From contig NC_045697.1 in assembly GCF_009834535.1 (NCBI RefSeq), positions 41,790,001 to 41,854,000 of the forward strand: DNA of 64,000 nt. The letters run 5' to 3'. The translations under genes were made by a program, and so were the position numbers. The notes under the pieces were generated by a model, which worked only from the letters and a program-made list of their open reading frames with translations, searched no databases and was not told the origin of the DNA. Position 1 is the first letter of the stretch. The number at the start of each line of letters is the position of its first letter. The stretch is from Camelus ferus. Its lineage: Eukaryota. This document shows, in pieces, positions 37,959-51,708 of the stretch.

Positions 37959-40900
37959 GCAATAAAAAATGAATGAAACCGCAATAAAAGTCTTGGAGGG
38001 TCAATACAAGATTTGGCCCGGACTCAGATGATTTACGTATGGATGAGGCATTTTGGGAGATTAAGAAATACAGTGTGGAGGCTGCTCTTGCTACTGTATG
38101 CTATAAATGACAGAAATACAGGAAGCATGGCGTTATTTATAGAAGAGGCCATTTCAATTGCTGTGTAAACTTCAGGAGATTGAATGCTCAACGCTTTAAC
38201 CAATCAGATACTCTGTTTTCTCTCGGCTTTCCATCCATCTTGCTCCGTAAACACCAGTAGACAAGCAGTTAAACAGCCACTGAAAGAAGATGTATCGTTT
38301 TCAAAGTTCTCTGATACTTCAACCATAGAACTACCTTGTATCTATTATATGCAGCTAAGCCTAGCAGACGACAGAGTGAAAGGTGTTTTATTTTCACTGT
38401 AATTTCATAAGGTCTTATCTTAAAAAGGAAACAATGATCCCTGGTATTTACTGAGATTTCTCCCTAAGTAATTTCATCTAGAAATACTAACATTAATTAC
38501 AATTTTGCTAAGCAAGAAGGCTTATAAATTTGTAGTTTATCTGCATTTGGCATACACGGGTGACACACTGAATAAAAATGAGAATTCTGTCTCTCTCCAT
38601 CCTGCAGGTGACTACTAGTGTAAAAACTTTGTTAGTAGGAATGAGAAACTAAGCTCCTATTTCTGCATTGCTCTATGTCCAGATGGAAGTTACATTTTGT
38701 TTAATGAAAACTCTGGCATTCTCTGGATGAATTGTATAAGATATCCATCCTCTTGAAACAATCACCCCAAAAGAAGTTTAAAAGACAGAGCTTTAATTTT
38801 TTTTTTTGACTGCTATAACAACTGCTGCTCAGAGCAATTAACTTAATGCAATAAAACTCATCTGAAGCTATAAACATCACTTATAAATATTAAAAATAGA
38901 ACTTTCTTAAATCCAGATCACTGAACCATCCCAAAAATTTCAAATGAGGATCAGAAGTAAAAGATCACAAAAAATATATAAAATAATAAAACATAGATTA
39001 TCTTGTACCTATATAATGAAGGGGAGGGGAGGTGAAAGATGAGGAGAAATAAGGAAGAGAATTGAAAGAGAGGCAGTGGGTTTACATGAAGAAAGTTGGG
39101 GGAGATGGGGCTCCCTCTGGGTCCCAGATAAATCTGACTGAAGAAAAAGACTGTATCTAACATAAAGCAACATTCAGGCTTGTCAGTATGTATTACGTGA
39201 TGTGAGGAAAATTATTTCATATAAGATCCCAGGTATTCTCTGGTTGCAAGAGAAAAGGCCAACAAGTTATTATACACAGTAAAACCTGTTACTATCTCCG
39301 TAATGACCGATAATAGACTCTCTCATACATAGATGTACTGCTCACAAGTCACCCTTGTTGAAACATTATCTTGTATCAAAATGTGTATCAACTATTGCAT
39401 CATATCTGTGTGAGTGTATGGGGTTAATTTCAACCGTTTTATCTGTATTTCTTAGGGAAAAATGCATGTGGCCTAGCCTCAACATTTTGGCTGCTTTATG
39501 ACATGGTTTCAGTTTATACTTTATTTGCCTATTTGGAAGCAAAGAAGTCATTCAATTAATGCTTTCAGAGCTCCATGAATATGTACCAGTTTTAGAGTGC
39601 CATTCAGAAAATAAACATCAAATCACTGCTCATCATTCCCTCTCTCTCAATCAGTTTGAGTAGCATAAATGCAAGACTTTCTTTAGAAGAGACACACATC
39701 TCGGTCTATGATGATAAGACTTAATACTTGCAGAATCGCCTTCTGGTGCACTGATTGTTCATCTACAGAATGCTCACCTTTATATATCATGAGAATGTTA
39801 ATCTGGAGTCAGGATGAAAACTAAAAATGGAAAGTATACTCTGTCCATGGGGCACTTCACTATTGTATATAAATCTTTTATCTTTTATTTCATTTAGTAA
39901 ACATGTTTCATGATTGTTCTGTGAAGTTTACCATGTTATGGTAAATCATGTTGTCAGATATGGGCATTGACAATCTTTAAGCTTTTGCTAAAAGCACGGT
40001 TTGCTAAAGTGTATTTTGGGCCCTTAAACAATGAATTACTTCTGAGTCCAGACATTGCTAAATTAAATCTGAATATAACTCTCTGAAGTGTTTTAAAATA
40101 GCATAAGATGATTTGAAGTTCTCTACAGCACTAGAATAGTGATAGTGTGACTCTGATTAATATTTATCTTTAATTTATTGAACAAGCCCAATAATGAAAT
40201 TGATTATGATACTCCATTTCAAATTTCTATGAGGGATTCTCATTCTCGGCAGTGCCTTAATTAGCCAGACTTTTGCTCTCCGAGGGCTAAAAGAAAATTG
40301 ATGAAACATCAACCAACATAATTTACACCCTCTGACTCTAGCTTTAGACAATTAAGGAGCCCTGATGTTAAGAGAAATGACCCCTCTGCTAACCATAACA
40401 ATGCACCATTTTAGTTTTCCATATGGTTTCACACACAAGAGATTATCAAATGTTAGGAAGCACATGGAAGACCCAAGAAGAGCTACAATCTCTCTACCTT
40501 ATTAGAGAAAACTCAGAAAGATATAACTAGGTATTAAAAATTAATAGTATTGTCTGTTACTTTATAATTTAAACCATACAAGGTGGTATTAAACCATGCT
40601 TTTGTTATATTTCAAGTACTTATATTTCAGAGACACCGAATAACCTTCCAAAAAGACCTCGAAAATTCTAAAAATGCATTATTGCATTCTCTGACAAAGT
40701 TAATACAATCCTCAAACTGGGTAAGAGTTACTAGTCATTTACAGGTTTCTATAGAAATTGTACTATGAAATAAGAATTTGTAAAGATGGTTCTTACTTGA
40801 AGAGCACAATTATAAAGGATTACAAGTAAAAACATGTAATTAAAAATCTATAAATAGACACCAAGTTTCCAGAAGCGAATATAAACCTAAATTAAGCTGT

Positions 40901-41284
40901 CCATGAGGATTACAAAACTAAAAGCCTAGGGGAGTTATATAGCACTTAACTTAAAACACTGTAATCAAGGCCACTTACACAGATATTCAACTCTACAAAA
41001 AGAATCATAATGAATCTAATATATACCACAAAGACAGCAACTCCTAAAATGTCTTCTTAAAATGCATTGGCTAATAATGAATAAATCTGAAAGAAGGATT
41101 TTTGTCTTAAATAAGGAAAGTCCTCTCAAGCCTTACTTTTTTCTCTGTTTGCTTCTATCTGGTATCTTCAAGGCACTCTTGAATAATTCTAGAGATTATA
41201 TTTAGACACACTATTTACATATGAAGGCAGCAGATAGTAAACTGAAAGAGTAAGACTTTAATAAAATAACAATTTTTATCAGCC

Positions 41285-41323
41285 GGCCTGTTAGCTCAGT
41301 TGGTTAGATTGTGGTGCTAATAA
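41285..41323 (+). pseudogene. Tailless retropseudogene: 5' half of tRNA-Ile(AAT)
   Basis: GGCCTGTTAGCTCAGTTGGTTAGATTGTGGTGCTAATAA matches 36/39 nt of the vertebrate tRNA-Ile-AAT 5' half as I recall it (GGCCGGTTAGCTCAGTTGGTTAGAGCGTGGTGCTAATAA). It stops just after the anticodon loop and is bracketed by 20-nt direct repeats (41259-41278 and 41318-41337, one mismatch). Confidence 0.88.
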
Positions 41324-42699
41324 AACAACAATTTTTAGTGGATGCAGCAATGTCTCTCTGCACTCAAACCCTCAGCTCCATCCCCAAGATTTCCTGATCA
41401 AAGCTTCCAAAAATTTCTAAAAAGGAAAAAAAAAATCAGTTGTTTTTACCTTCCATATTTTCTAGAAGAAAGGCAAACATTCCACAACCTGGCAGTTTCA
41501 AACTCTGTCTTCCTTCATTATAGGTGTTTGTGGAAAGCGGGTTCGTTTCTAGACCTCCAGAGGAAAGCTAACTCAGGCTGGAGGCTTGCTGACTTGACAC
41601 TCGTCTCTCCTTTTATCAGCTAAGGGTGAGAGACCAGTGACCACACATAATACTCCTGTAACTCCCCCTTAACAAATGTTTAGAAAGCTTGTCTTGACAG
41701 AAACTGATTACAGGGATAAAAATCACACCCCCTTGTCCCCTCACAGCAAAGAGCTCAACAATGAGAAGATTAAAAGACAGGCTTTGAAGTGGCTTACTGT
41801 TCCTGTGGTCTTTAAAGTCAAAACAGGCACTAAGTTTTTTCCCTCATTAACTTTTCAGCATCTTCTAGTTTGCATGAACTGGCATCGTCTAAGATCAGAT
41901 AGTACCTAAAAGGGATTTGCTTGGGTTAAAGTTTGAGCAAAATGTCTTTAAAAAATAGGCTATAGAAAGTAAATTGGAACTGGCAATTCACCAAGTAATG
42001 ATTAGGTAAGTTGACAGTGTTACTGAAAGGAAGTTGTGTGTTATTATCAATTACAACTTAACCTACAGGTTTTTACTTAAGGTTTAACCACTTTTTACTG
42101 ATTTTGAGAGCAGATGCTATAAACAAAGTTTTCACAGACCTGTCCTCAACAACAGCAGGAGTTTTAAGTGGGCAAGAATTTTTGTTGTTTACATTTCTGT
42201 TTTGTAAATAAAGAAATTGAGACATTGGGTGCTTTTTCGCTAAACATGCATGAAGAACTATAGCAGAAACATGCCATAAAAATCGAACAAGCAGTTCAAT
42301 AATCCTATAAGATAATCATATAAGACCAAAATGCAGGAAAAAAATAAAGATGACATACTTTCTCAATTTGTGTCACATTTTCCTGATTTCTGTCTATTTG
42401 CATGTTTTGATTATTCACAATGTAGCCGTATCATTTCCACAGAAACTCTCACCGTCCTTGGCTCCTAGACCTTGTACTATCTTGGTTCCTTCATTTCTCC
42501 TAGTTCAGCTAGTTTATCAAGGCTTTGTCACCGGACCTCTTTGCTTGTGTAATGACACATTAATTTCCTTCCCCCAAGTAACATGGCAACAAGTTACTCT
42601 AGCATCTGCACCAGCAAGACGCAATGACTTTGGCCCCTAAATAAGCTCTGTTCTTTGTCTTTGCTCCTGGCGTTCCCACTAGTTGGAAGAGTTTCCTAT

Positions 42700-42830
42700 C
42701 AGTGTTTTTCAACCTCGGTTGCATATTAGAATCACCAAGAAAGGAGAAAAACTATCCCATAACATACTTTAAAAGCCAGTCCAGGTAATCCAGTTGATTC
42801 CAATAATCAGCCAAGGTCGAAAACCACAGA
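42700..42830. mobile_element. MER5-like MITE (internally deleted)
   Basis: Termini cagtgtttttcaacctcggttgcatattagaatcacc / cagccaaggtcgaaaaccac are inverted-repeat-like. Confidence 0.65.
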
Positions 42831-43834
42831 AACCTATCAAAATTCTCCCCATCTCTTCAAACCCGGTTTTAAACTTTTCATCCATTTGTGTCCCTTCCAT
42901 CTTTTGAAGTTCCTTTACTTACAGATTTCCAATGATCCTTACCAAACTCTACTTTGTATGCAGATTTCTCTCAGCCATCCTATTCAATGAAAAGGAATAG
43001 GTGACAGTCCCCCTCACTGCTCCACCCTTAGTTCCCTTTGTGTCCTAGAATTCCTGCTGATTTGCTTGACCCAGACCATTTGAACACAGGGAATGAAATA
43101 TTTAAACATCCTCAATGCCTTTCCTCACCAATCTGGGTCCGTCCAGCAAGGTCTTTCTCCCTCTCCCAGAAGGCATGTACAGTGCAAGGCATAGTGTGCT
43201 GTGCAGTCGTGAGCTGTGTTTTGTCCCACACTCTGGTCTCCAGTCTACTCTGTGCAAATCCTGCTTTTGGTTCTGTTTGACTCTCACTGGAAACTCTAGT
43301 TTTACTCCAGGTCCTCATTCCAGTTATTGGGGTTTGGGTAATTACACGCTGATTCAGGCCTGAGTCTGTCAGGAACTTCCTACATTCTCTTAGAAAAACC
43401 TTGCAGAGTGCTTCCTGAATCCGTCGGCCATGTAGACATTACACCTTGCTGGACTCACTAAGCTGGTGGTCAGCTGGACCTGCCTTGTGTGGCTCCAATT
43501 GTGGGAATTATGCCAGGTCCCAGATCTGTCCTCACCTACCCAATGTATGTTTGGCTCTTAGAAACTGTCAGGCATTAAACTTGAGCCCTTGTGTAGATAA
43601 GAACTGTGTCTTACTTATCTTCGCTGATACATTTCACAAAGGGCCCGGTACACACTAAGTGCTCAAACTGTTTTGCACATATTATTAAGGTATTAAAATT
43701 CACAAGCTTATTTTTACAAATTAAATCTTACTTGTTTAAAGTTTCTATCCTTCCCATCCTGGTTCATTTCACTTAAATACTTCAATATATAGAATTTAAA
43801 AAACAGAATTCAGAAAGCTTATTGTGTGCGTATT

Positions 43835-44225
43835 TTTCACTGTACAGACCAGAAACTAGAGAACAAAAGGGCTTAATGAACTGGCCGAGGTCATGCAACT
43901 AGTTAGTGGCAGAGCTGGAGTGAGACTTCCTGGCTTCTAATGATGTCACCTTAATTATCAGGAGGATCTAATCATGAACACAGAGTCATGAAATAAAAAA
44001 TGGAAGATTACTGATTAAGCACTTACTCGAGACTAAGTAAAAGTTTTGCATATATTTTGCCCTTTAATTCTCACCATAACCCTGTGATAATGATAATATT
44101 TGCACATTTTAAAAAAGAAACTGAGATTCAACAAACTTAAAATTTCCCCCCAAACTCACACAACTAACAAATGCTAGACATAGATTTGAACCCACACCTA
44201 TCCAGCTCCAGGGCCTGTAGCTTTT
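43835..44225 (-). mobile_element. Two adjacent MIR fragments in the same orientation
   Basis: ggccgaggtcatgcaactagttagtggcagagctgg, then tttaattctcaccataaccctgtga...gaaactgagattca...gatttgaaccca. Confidence 0.75.
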
Positions 44226-46039
44226 CCATTGTTAACCTGACCAAAGGGTTGGAAAGACAATTAGTATAAGTTTTTGATTTAACTAAGAAATTCACTGAAT
44301 AACTTCCCTAAAATATTCTTTTCTGATTTTTAAATCTCCCATCAAATTCCAAATTCCAATATAAACATTTTCCTTTACTGAGGGATCAATACTACTAAGG
44401 AATGTAAAAATACAACAGACGTAGGTAATATTACTATAGGCGAGTCCCCAAGAGCCATTGTCTATGTTAATTTCCCTGTGAAATTCAACTTATTTTATTC
44501 TAAGCACAGTCAATAATTGTCATTTAAGCATTAGCAATTAATTTTGTTTCCCTTCCTAGACTGTGAAATTCATCAGGGCAAGGACCAAGATTTTTTTTTT
44601 TTTTTGGTCATGACCATAATCCCTGTATTCATAGTAGATGCTTAGTTTATATGTGTTAAATAAGTGAATAAATCAGTTTATTAATTGCCACAATGGTATA
44701 ATGCAGTATTTCTGAAAACGGATGCCTATATCTTCATCAAATACATTTGACACATGGTTATATTTTGTTAACTCCTCTTTCAATCCTTACGTAATTGTCC
44801 AGATTTTCAGTATTTTATTATCCTCCTAAGATGAGTGTATACTTTCTATTGAGGTCTAAATTCTCTTGGAAAGTTTCCTTGGGTCCTGAAGTCACCATTG
44901 GATACTGTGAATAAGGAAGGCATATGAGTTTGAACTAAGCTGAAATGGAAACCACAAAAGAAGGGAAATTCATGACTCAAAATTAAGGATCTAGGTTGAT
45001 GAAAGTGAAGGTAAATGAATTTTAGGAAGGTAACAAAATATTCTATAGAGAAATGGAATCCAGAGTTATTTGTCCCTCCAAAACATTTAATTCTATCATA
45101 TTATTTTGCTATTTTGGTTACTATCCTTAACATCAATACTGTTTTATATTATTTTTTCAATTGTTACTATAATTATAATGAATCTTCATATTTCAAAAAT
45201 ATATTATTCTTATTTTCAATGGCTCAGTATCACAAAATGGAAAATATAATTTAATCTAAGGAATGATTCTAAGAAATTTTAAGCAAATCAAAATAATTAT
45301 TGTGTCATAAGTTTATATTTTATTTTTACTACTGGAGCTAGATGGTAATTTCCCTAATTTGTTCTGTAAATTTATACTTTTCTAGGTCAGTATCATTTGT
45401 TGCATTTAGATAAATACATAACAGCTAGACGGTGATCACAGCAAATCTCCAGGATACATAAAGGTACGCAATGTGTTGGTCAGAAATAAATTGCATCCCA
45501 CTGTAAAGTAAAAATAAAAATCCCTGAAGGGTAATTTTCAGAATTAACATTTTACAACTGATATGTACATGGGACCCACTTTTACTGTTCATGTTGTCTT
45601 GGAGGAAATGCACAGGACAAGATCATAATGTTGACATTTTATGCAAAAATGCCAAATAAAATACTTTCCTCATTACTAGACATAGTTACTATGTTCCTAT
45701 TAAATATATACACGTTTTATTTCTTAATGCTTCATCTCAAGAATAAGATTCCAATGCCTTATTCAGCAGTCATCCTTTGTAATATTTCCACAGGCACTGA
45801 AACATTTGGTACTGTACTCAGGTGAATTGCTTAGTGGAGACTGAATGCCTTGTCAATTTTTCATTCCACATTTTTTACACAGTTTCTTCAATGCTTTCAT
45901 AAAGATGATATCTTGTATCATAAAGCTTGGCCAAAAGAGAAAAATTCAAGGTTGTAGAGAAAATGGACATAATGTAAAAGAAATGTTATATTGGAGATAA
46001 GGGGGGGAAACTTTAAAATTGCTTTTTTACTAACCTCGT

Positions 46040-46090
46040 AAGGGACATAACTGGAGGAGCTTCAAGGGACATAACTGGAGGAGCTTCAAG
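46040..46090. repeat. Perfect 24-bp tandem duplication AAGGGACATAACTGGAGGAGCTTC x2 (+AAG)
   Basis: Directly visible; the two copies are identical. Confidence 0.97.
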
Positions 46091-47526
46091 ATCGTAAGAG
46101 GATCTGTGATAACAAATACCTTGGACTTTTACAACGTAACAAATGGATTATGCAAGATAAAAATGACAAGACTTGCATATTTTATTCCAAGATAAGACAT
46201 TAAAAAATGAATGTAGGATTTAAAATATATACATAGTTAAGCATCACTTCAAAATTGACTGAAAATATCACCTAAGTCTGGCTTGGCTTTCATCTATTAA
46301 TGAACATTAATTACTATTGTTTCTTAACAGGGGTCTTAATGTAGAATTTTTCTCCTTGATCTTAAAAGATGATGGAACCTACAGCAATTGATAGTAATTG
46401 CAGTTTTAAAAAACTTAACTATCGCTTCTATAATATACATAACTGTGTGCTGTACAATTGTTTTGGCTCCCTGATTTTAAATAACTGGTTTTCCTGAAAT
46501 CTTTATCAGAGTTCTCACCTCATTCTATTGCACACTGTACTTCACTTTCGACTAAAAAAAGATAGTAGTTGGTCTTTTAAAAGAATTTCATAAAATCAAA
46601 AGCACATGTACACACAGTCTGTCTATATATGTGCATGCCTGAAAATCAAAGGAATAAAATAAGCTTCTTTGAGTACTTGCAATCAATTGCAATAACAGAC
46701 TTGCTAGATGCAGGAATAATTTAGCTAGCTATTACAAAGATTTTTTTTTCATGTATTCCATGTTCCATTTTAATTAGCCTCAAAAATAGGGTTACTTCTT
46801 AACCATTTCATATCAAATAAGAGTATAAAACTCTGCCGTATGCATTAAGTTCTATTTAATTAAGTAAATATTAATTCTCATAACTGTATATTCTTTTGTT
46901 ACCTTGTTTCACAATCGTGGATCAAACTTTTTTTTCACTAGTAAACATAAATACATTAAACTCCATATTATTGGGGCACATTTAATAAGCGCCCAATGAA
47001 ACAATTTATAAAACACCTATAAAAGTCTATCAAACATAAAACTTTTTGAATAGTTTGCCCCTACTTAATTTCATTATATTTTAGATAGGATGAAATGTGC
47101 CATTATGTTCTTAAATTTTTATTTCAAAACAGATACCTATACTCATTAATCATTTTTGCTTTTTTCTAAATCACGCTACATTAAATAATAAACATACAAT
47201 GAGAATGAAACATACAAAACAGCAACAAAAATCTACCACAAGCTAACAGACTACGAGGATTTAAAGTATTTTTAATGAGCTACTATATTTTGCAACAGTC
47301 ATGAGAAAACAAAAAGATGATATGGACAGTTATATAGAGATAAACAGAACTGGAAGAGAGAAATAACATCTATAACGGGAGATTCACATGCAAACTGAAT
47401 TTAATAGTAATGTTGTAGTTGACAAAGTACCTCAGCCTCAAACGCAGGTCAGCCCTGCTCTGTTATCTTCTCATGGATAGAAGGAAAGGTCCAATGAAGA
47501 ACGGTAGAATTAGGCTGACTGCAAAC

Positions 47527-47903
47527 TGACAAAAAAATCTCTTTGACTGAACTTTACTCAAGCTCCTCTGAACTCTCTTTTCAACTACATCCCGCTTTTT
47601 GAACTTCTGCATTTGTCTCTGCATTGTCCTATTTTAGCAAGAATCCTGTTAGGTTTAGTTTAGCCAGAATCCTCCCTCACTCTTGATGTGTCCTCTTAGT
47701 AATTTTCTATTCACTGATCCCCTACACCCTCTTCCTTGGCTATAAATTCCCACTTTTCCTTGTTGTGTTCAGAATTGAGTCCAATCTCTCCCCCCCACTG
47801 CAAAACCCCACTGAAGTGGTCCCCATATCTAATTGAGATGGTCCCCCCAAATAAAATCTGCCTAACTATTCTTTAACATGTATCATGAATAATATTTTAA
47901 ACA
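47527..47903 (+). mobile_element. ERV1 solo LTR, MER31-like
   Basis: TG...CA termini; agcaagaatcctgttagg, ccttggcTATAAAttccc (TATA box, about 47740) and AATAAA (about 47849) in LTR order. Confidence 0.82.
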
Positions 47904-47974
47904 AATAAACACAGCTATTGTCTTACTTAGTGCCAGAAGAACCTCTATAACTCCTGCTCATCATGCAATGGTAG

Positions 47975-48490
47975 CACAAGGGCCCTAACTGGGGGGCCCT
48001 ACAAGATGGTCAAGTGCCAGTGGGGTTCTAGGTGCTCCATCACGTTTAGAGCTGATGGTCAGAGGGGCTAAGCATGATAATCCATGGGGGATGGAAGAAA
48101 ATATTACAACTTGACTTTATATTATTTTCATAGATGAAAATAAAGAGATCCAGTATTAGTACTGTTTAACATGTGATGGACCCTGCACTTTCGCTTAGTG
48201 CGTATGTCAGATGGTCAGTTTTGCGTACTGAAGACGGAGACTCTTTAGGGAAGAGGAGGAGTTTCACAAGGCAAAGGAATTGAGAGTAGAGGCCTTACCA
48301 TTGTCTCTGAGCTTTGGATTACTGAATATATTGTTGCTTACTGGCATGTGGTTCAGTGAAGCAATGGATTAGAGCATCAATTTTAAGAAACTAGTCCTCA
48401 TGAAATGAATAGATGGCTTACAAAGATTCCTTCCAAGAAACCAAGGATTAAAGACAATGCTCATCATTCAAGCACAAGGCAATTCCACCA
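47975..48490. mobile_element. hAT-Charlie-like fragment
   Basis: atgaatagatggcttacaaagattccttccaagaaaccaaggattaaagacaat resembles the eroded start of a Charlie transposase as I recall it. Confidence 0.45.
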
Positions 48491-50134
48491 GGTACATTAC
48501 AAGATGAAAGGATCTAACTGTATCTGACAAGAAGTAGTCTAAAAACTGAAAATATAACAGTACTATTTGAAACATACATGTACCTGCTATTCTTGTTGCT
48601 AGACCTTGCCCTGGGTATATGCTGATTGCACAGCATGTATATACTGCCTTTGTGAGAATAATTAATCTCAGTTATAATAATCACCAAAATAATCACTTTT
48701 ATAAACTGTTAAAGAAAATAATGCCATATATTAAATATATCTCTTTCACTTAAATTAAGATATTTTGTATTATTCACAAAAAATTTATTATTCTTAAGAT
48801 ACAGTCTCTTCTGCTATACATCTCTTTGACATGAACTTCCTCACATGTGACTGTTAAATAGAGGGACTGTATCAGTAGGATATAATAATAGATTTGGTTC
48901 ATACATGACTTCTTACTAGAATGTTAATGTTTTAAAGAAATCAGGTACAAGCTTTCTCACAATTAAAGAAAAGCCTTAGCAATATTTGAAAACCTTAACA
49001 ATGGAGCTGAAAATCTACAGGAGCCTTCCTCCAATAGTGGCTTATTTAGGATCCTTAAGAACTTCTCAGCTTACTAATAATTTAAAGTATAAGTGCAGTT
49101 GTAGAAACTGCATAAGACATGTCCCCTAACTTAAAACAACGGAAAGCCTACACCTGGGAAAAATATTTTTAATTTTGGTGAAGATGGTCTTTATTAGAAG
49201 CAAGCACCCTTCCATACCTACATCTCAAAGGAAGAAGTCAAGCCTGGGCTCTTCAAGGCTGCAAAGGCATGACTGTCTGACAGTGATGACAGGTGCCAAT
49301 ATTTGTATGAAGGTTATTCTCATTCTTATCTGTACTCTGTTTTCAGATTGCTCTAGGTTTCGAGTGATCGTTCCTAATTCTAGGGGAAAACTCGAGCCAT
49401 AGTATTTTTATTAAGCAATTTTGTAAGACAAGTAATTTTTTATGAACTCATATGGCGCTTAACAGCAGAGTGCCTAATTTAATCACCCAATCTTAAAAAA
49501 AACTCTGCATGTTTTGTAATAAAAATACATTAATAAAAATGTATAACATACAAGCAAATAAATGCTATATTTACATTGGACTATATGGTCTGTTTATTCT
49601 ATTTTTTTTAATTGAGAGAGCACAGTCAAAAAATGTTTTGAGGCCACTCATCTAATTTTTATTACCCTGCATGGAAAATATGTGTATAAAAGCAGACATC
49701 AGCTTGACTGTGGAGAATGGAAGTGAGGAACTCTCAACACACGGGTCAGGTAACAGAAACACAAGACGGATATACTGAAATAGAAATTATGAAATGATGT
49801 CTCATGAAATGGATGCTTGGAAATAAAAGCAAGACAGAGCTCGGTCATGCAGCAGAAAAGAATGGGACCTCTCATTCTGAACATTCTGAACACCCTGTGG
49901 CAACACTGATTACATTATACTCTGGTGAGTTTTTACCGCCTCCTTCGCCTGTGTGAACTCCTGGGACAGGGTACCATGTCTTATTCAGCTTTGCAAATCC
50001 CCTGCAGTTGGTAAAAAGCCCTGGCACGTAGGAGATGATCACAGTCGTTTGCTGAGTGAATACAATAATTTATGAATAAAGTTGTGTGCTCACTTGGAAA
50101 GGAAATAGGGTGAAAACTAAGAAAAGGAAGAAGA

Positions 50135-50345
50135 GAATGAACATTTATCAAGTGGTCATATGTGTCAGGAGAGCCAGGTACTTTATTACTGTGAATTATT
50201 CTTACAGCTCTCCTATTCCCATTTATAGAGAGGAAGTTGAAGATCAGACATTAATTTGTTTGCCCCAAATTGACACAGCTAGTAAATAGCTGGGCCAGGA
50301 TTTGCAATATGATCTGATTTGGAGTTAATACTCTGGACTTCCTTA
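50135..50345 (-). mobile_element. MIR SINE
   Basis: aacatttatcaagtggtcatatgtgtcagg...cccatttatagagaggaagttgaag...acacagctagtaaatagctgggccaggattt. Confidence 0.75.
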
Positions 50346-51076
50346 TGCTGCCAGGAAGGGGTAGGGTCTCTGTGGAAGGTAGCTGCCATCATAAACCACA
50401 GCTTCTTTATACATAAGTAATGCTGATGTTGGCTGCAGGATTCTTTAAAGTCCAGAGTGTCAGCAATATCTTGGCTAACTATGACTTCCCAACCAGGGAA
50501 GAAAAATCAGCCATTAATAATTTACCCCTTCTTCATAGTTCAATTCCAATGGATTTGTTTTCTGTTTGGCTAAGATATGTTTTAAGAGTTAAAGTGATTT
50601 CTATATTAATGTGTTGATTGATTCTGTCTCCTAATGTAAAATACAAGACTTAGGAAATTTAAATGCTCTTGTGAAAGATAAAAAGGGTTTTAAGTTCAAG
50701 GTTACTAGTCTATGATCAAAACATAACCTATTAGACAAAGACAAACACTCATTCAGCCTGTTTGAAGTATGTGAGTAAATAATTCATGGATGTTTTCACA
50801 GTTTTTCTTGGGAATACATTGGTAGTTTAGACTTAAAATGTGGTGCACACTAAACCGTGGTTAAATATCTAGTTTAAAGAGCAAATAAACTTCTAAAACT
50901 AGTGGATATAATCATTATTTTTTAATGAAAACAATTTCTTCTTACCCTTATCTTGGCATAATAATGTCACCCAATAATTAGGAGTCTCCAAGAGACTAAA
51001 CCTCATGGATAATATAATGTGTTTCTTTGTTGGTGAAAGGAAAGGTCGATTTGCTATCACTGCTTTGTCCCTTAAA

Positions 51077-51708
51077 CAGAGGGGAATTAATTATGAAACT
51101 AATAAAACTTAAGCTTCAAAGCTCTTCAATTGCACAGCCCTCTTCCAGGGTCCTGAAGGAACTATGTCAAGGTGCTCACATGGTCATATATTTGTAAAAT
51201 TCACAAAGTTAAGATGTTTTAGCCACAGTCTATTAAATCCCCTCTTCCCATTTCAGTTAATCAACCATCATACTTTCCCTTGGGTCAGGTAACACTGGAG
51301 TGGCTGCCAGCATTTTTGGTATCCAGGAAAGGAGAACTTGTATTGGTGATACATTTAGTTTAGGATTAATGGAATATATGCATGTGGTTTAAGGAAAGGC
51401 TGAATTAGCTTTTCATCCTCCCTGTAGAAAATGGTATTATAAAATAGTCATCAAAAAGTAATCAAAGAGTACTCCATCAATTAAGGTAGGACAGAAGGTG
51501 CATTAGGCATTTTGAAAGTAACAGTACCATTATATTTCTGGATTTGCGATGCTTGAGGGCATTTGTCAGTTGTCATAAATTTGGAATTTGTTGTAAATTC
51601 TTTTTCATTCTAGAATAATCATTGAATTCTTATTCATAATTTTGTATTCTTTCTCCTAAATACAACTCCCAGATGGTATAAGCTTTAGGTCCCTCAAAAA
51701 TTACCCTA
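51077..51708. mobile_element. Arthur1-like hAT-Tip100 element
   Basis: 5' atgaaactaataaaacttaagcttcaaagctcttcaattgcacagccctcttccagggtcc and 3' gtataagctttaggtccctcaaaa match my recollection of Arthur1 termini. Confidence 0.7.

Noticed and set aside
41285..41323. Functional tRNA-Ile gene
   Set aside because: The 3' half (T-arm, B box, acceptor 3' strand) and Pol III terminator context are missing.
46040..46090. CRISPR-like repeat
   Set aside because: Two abutting copies with no spacer, in a mammalian intron.
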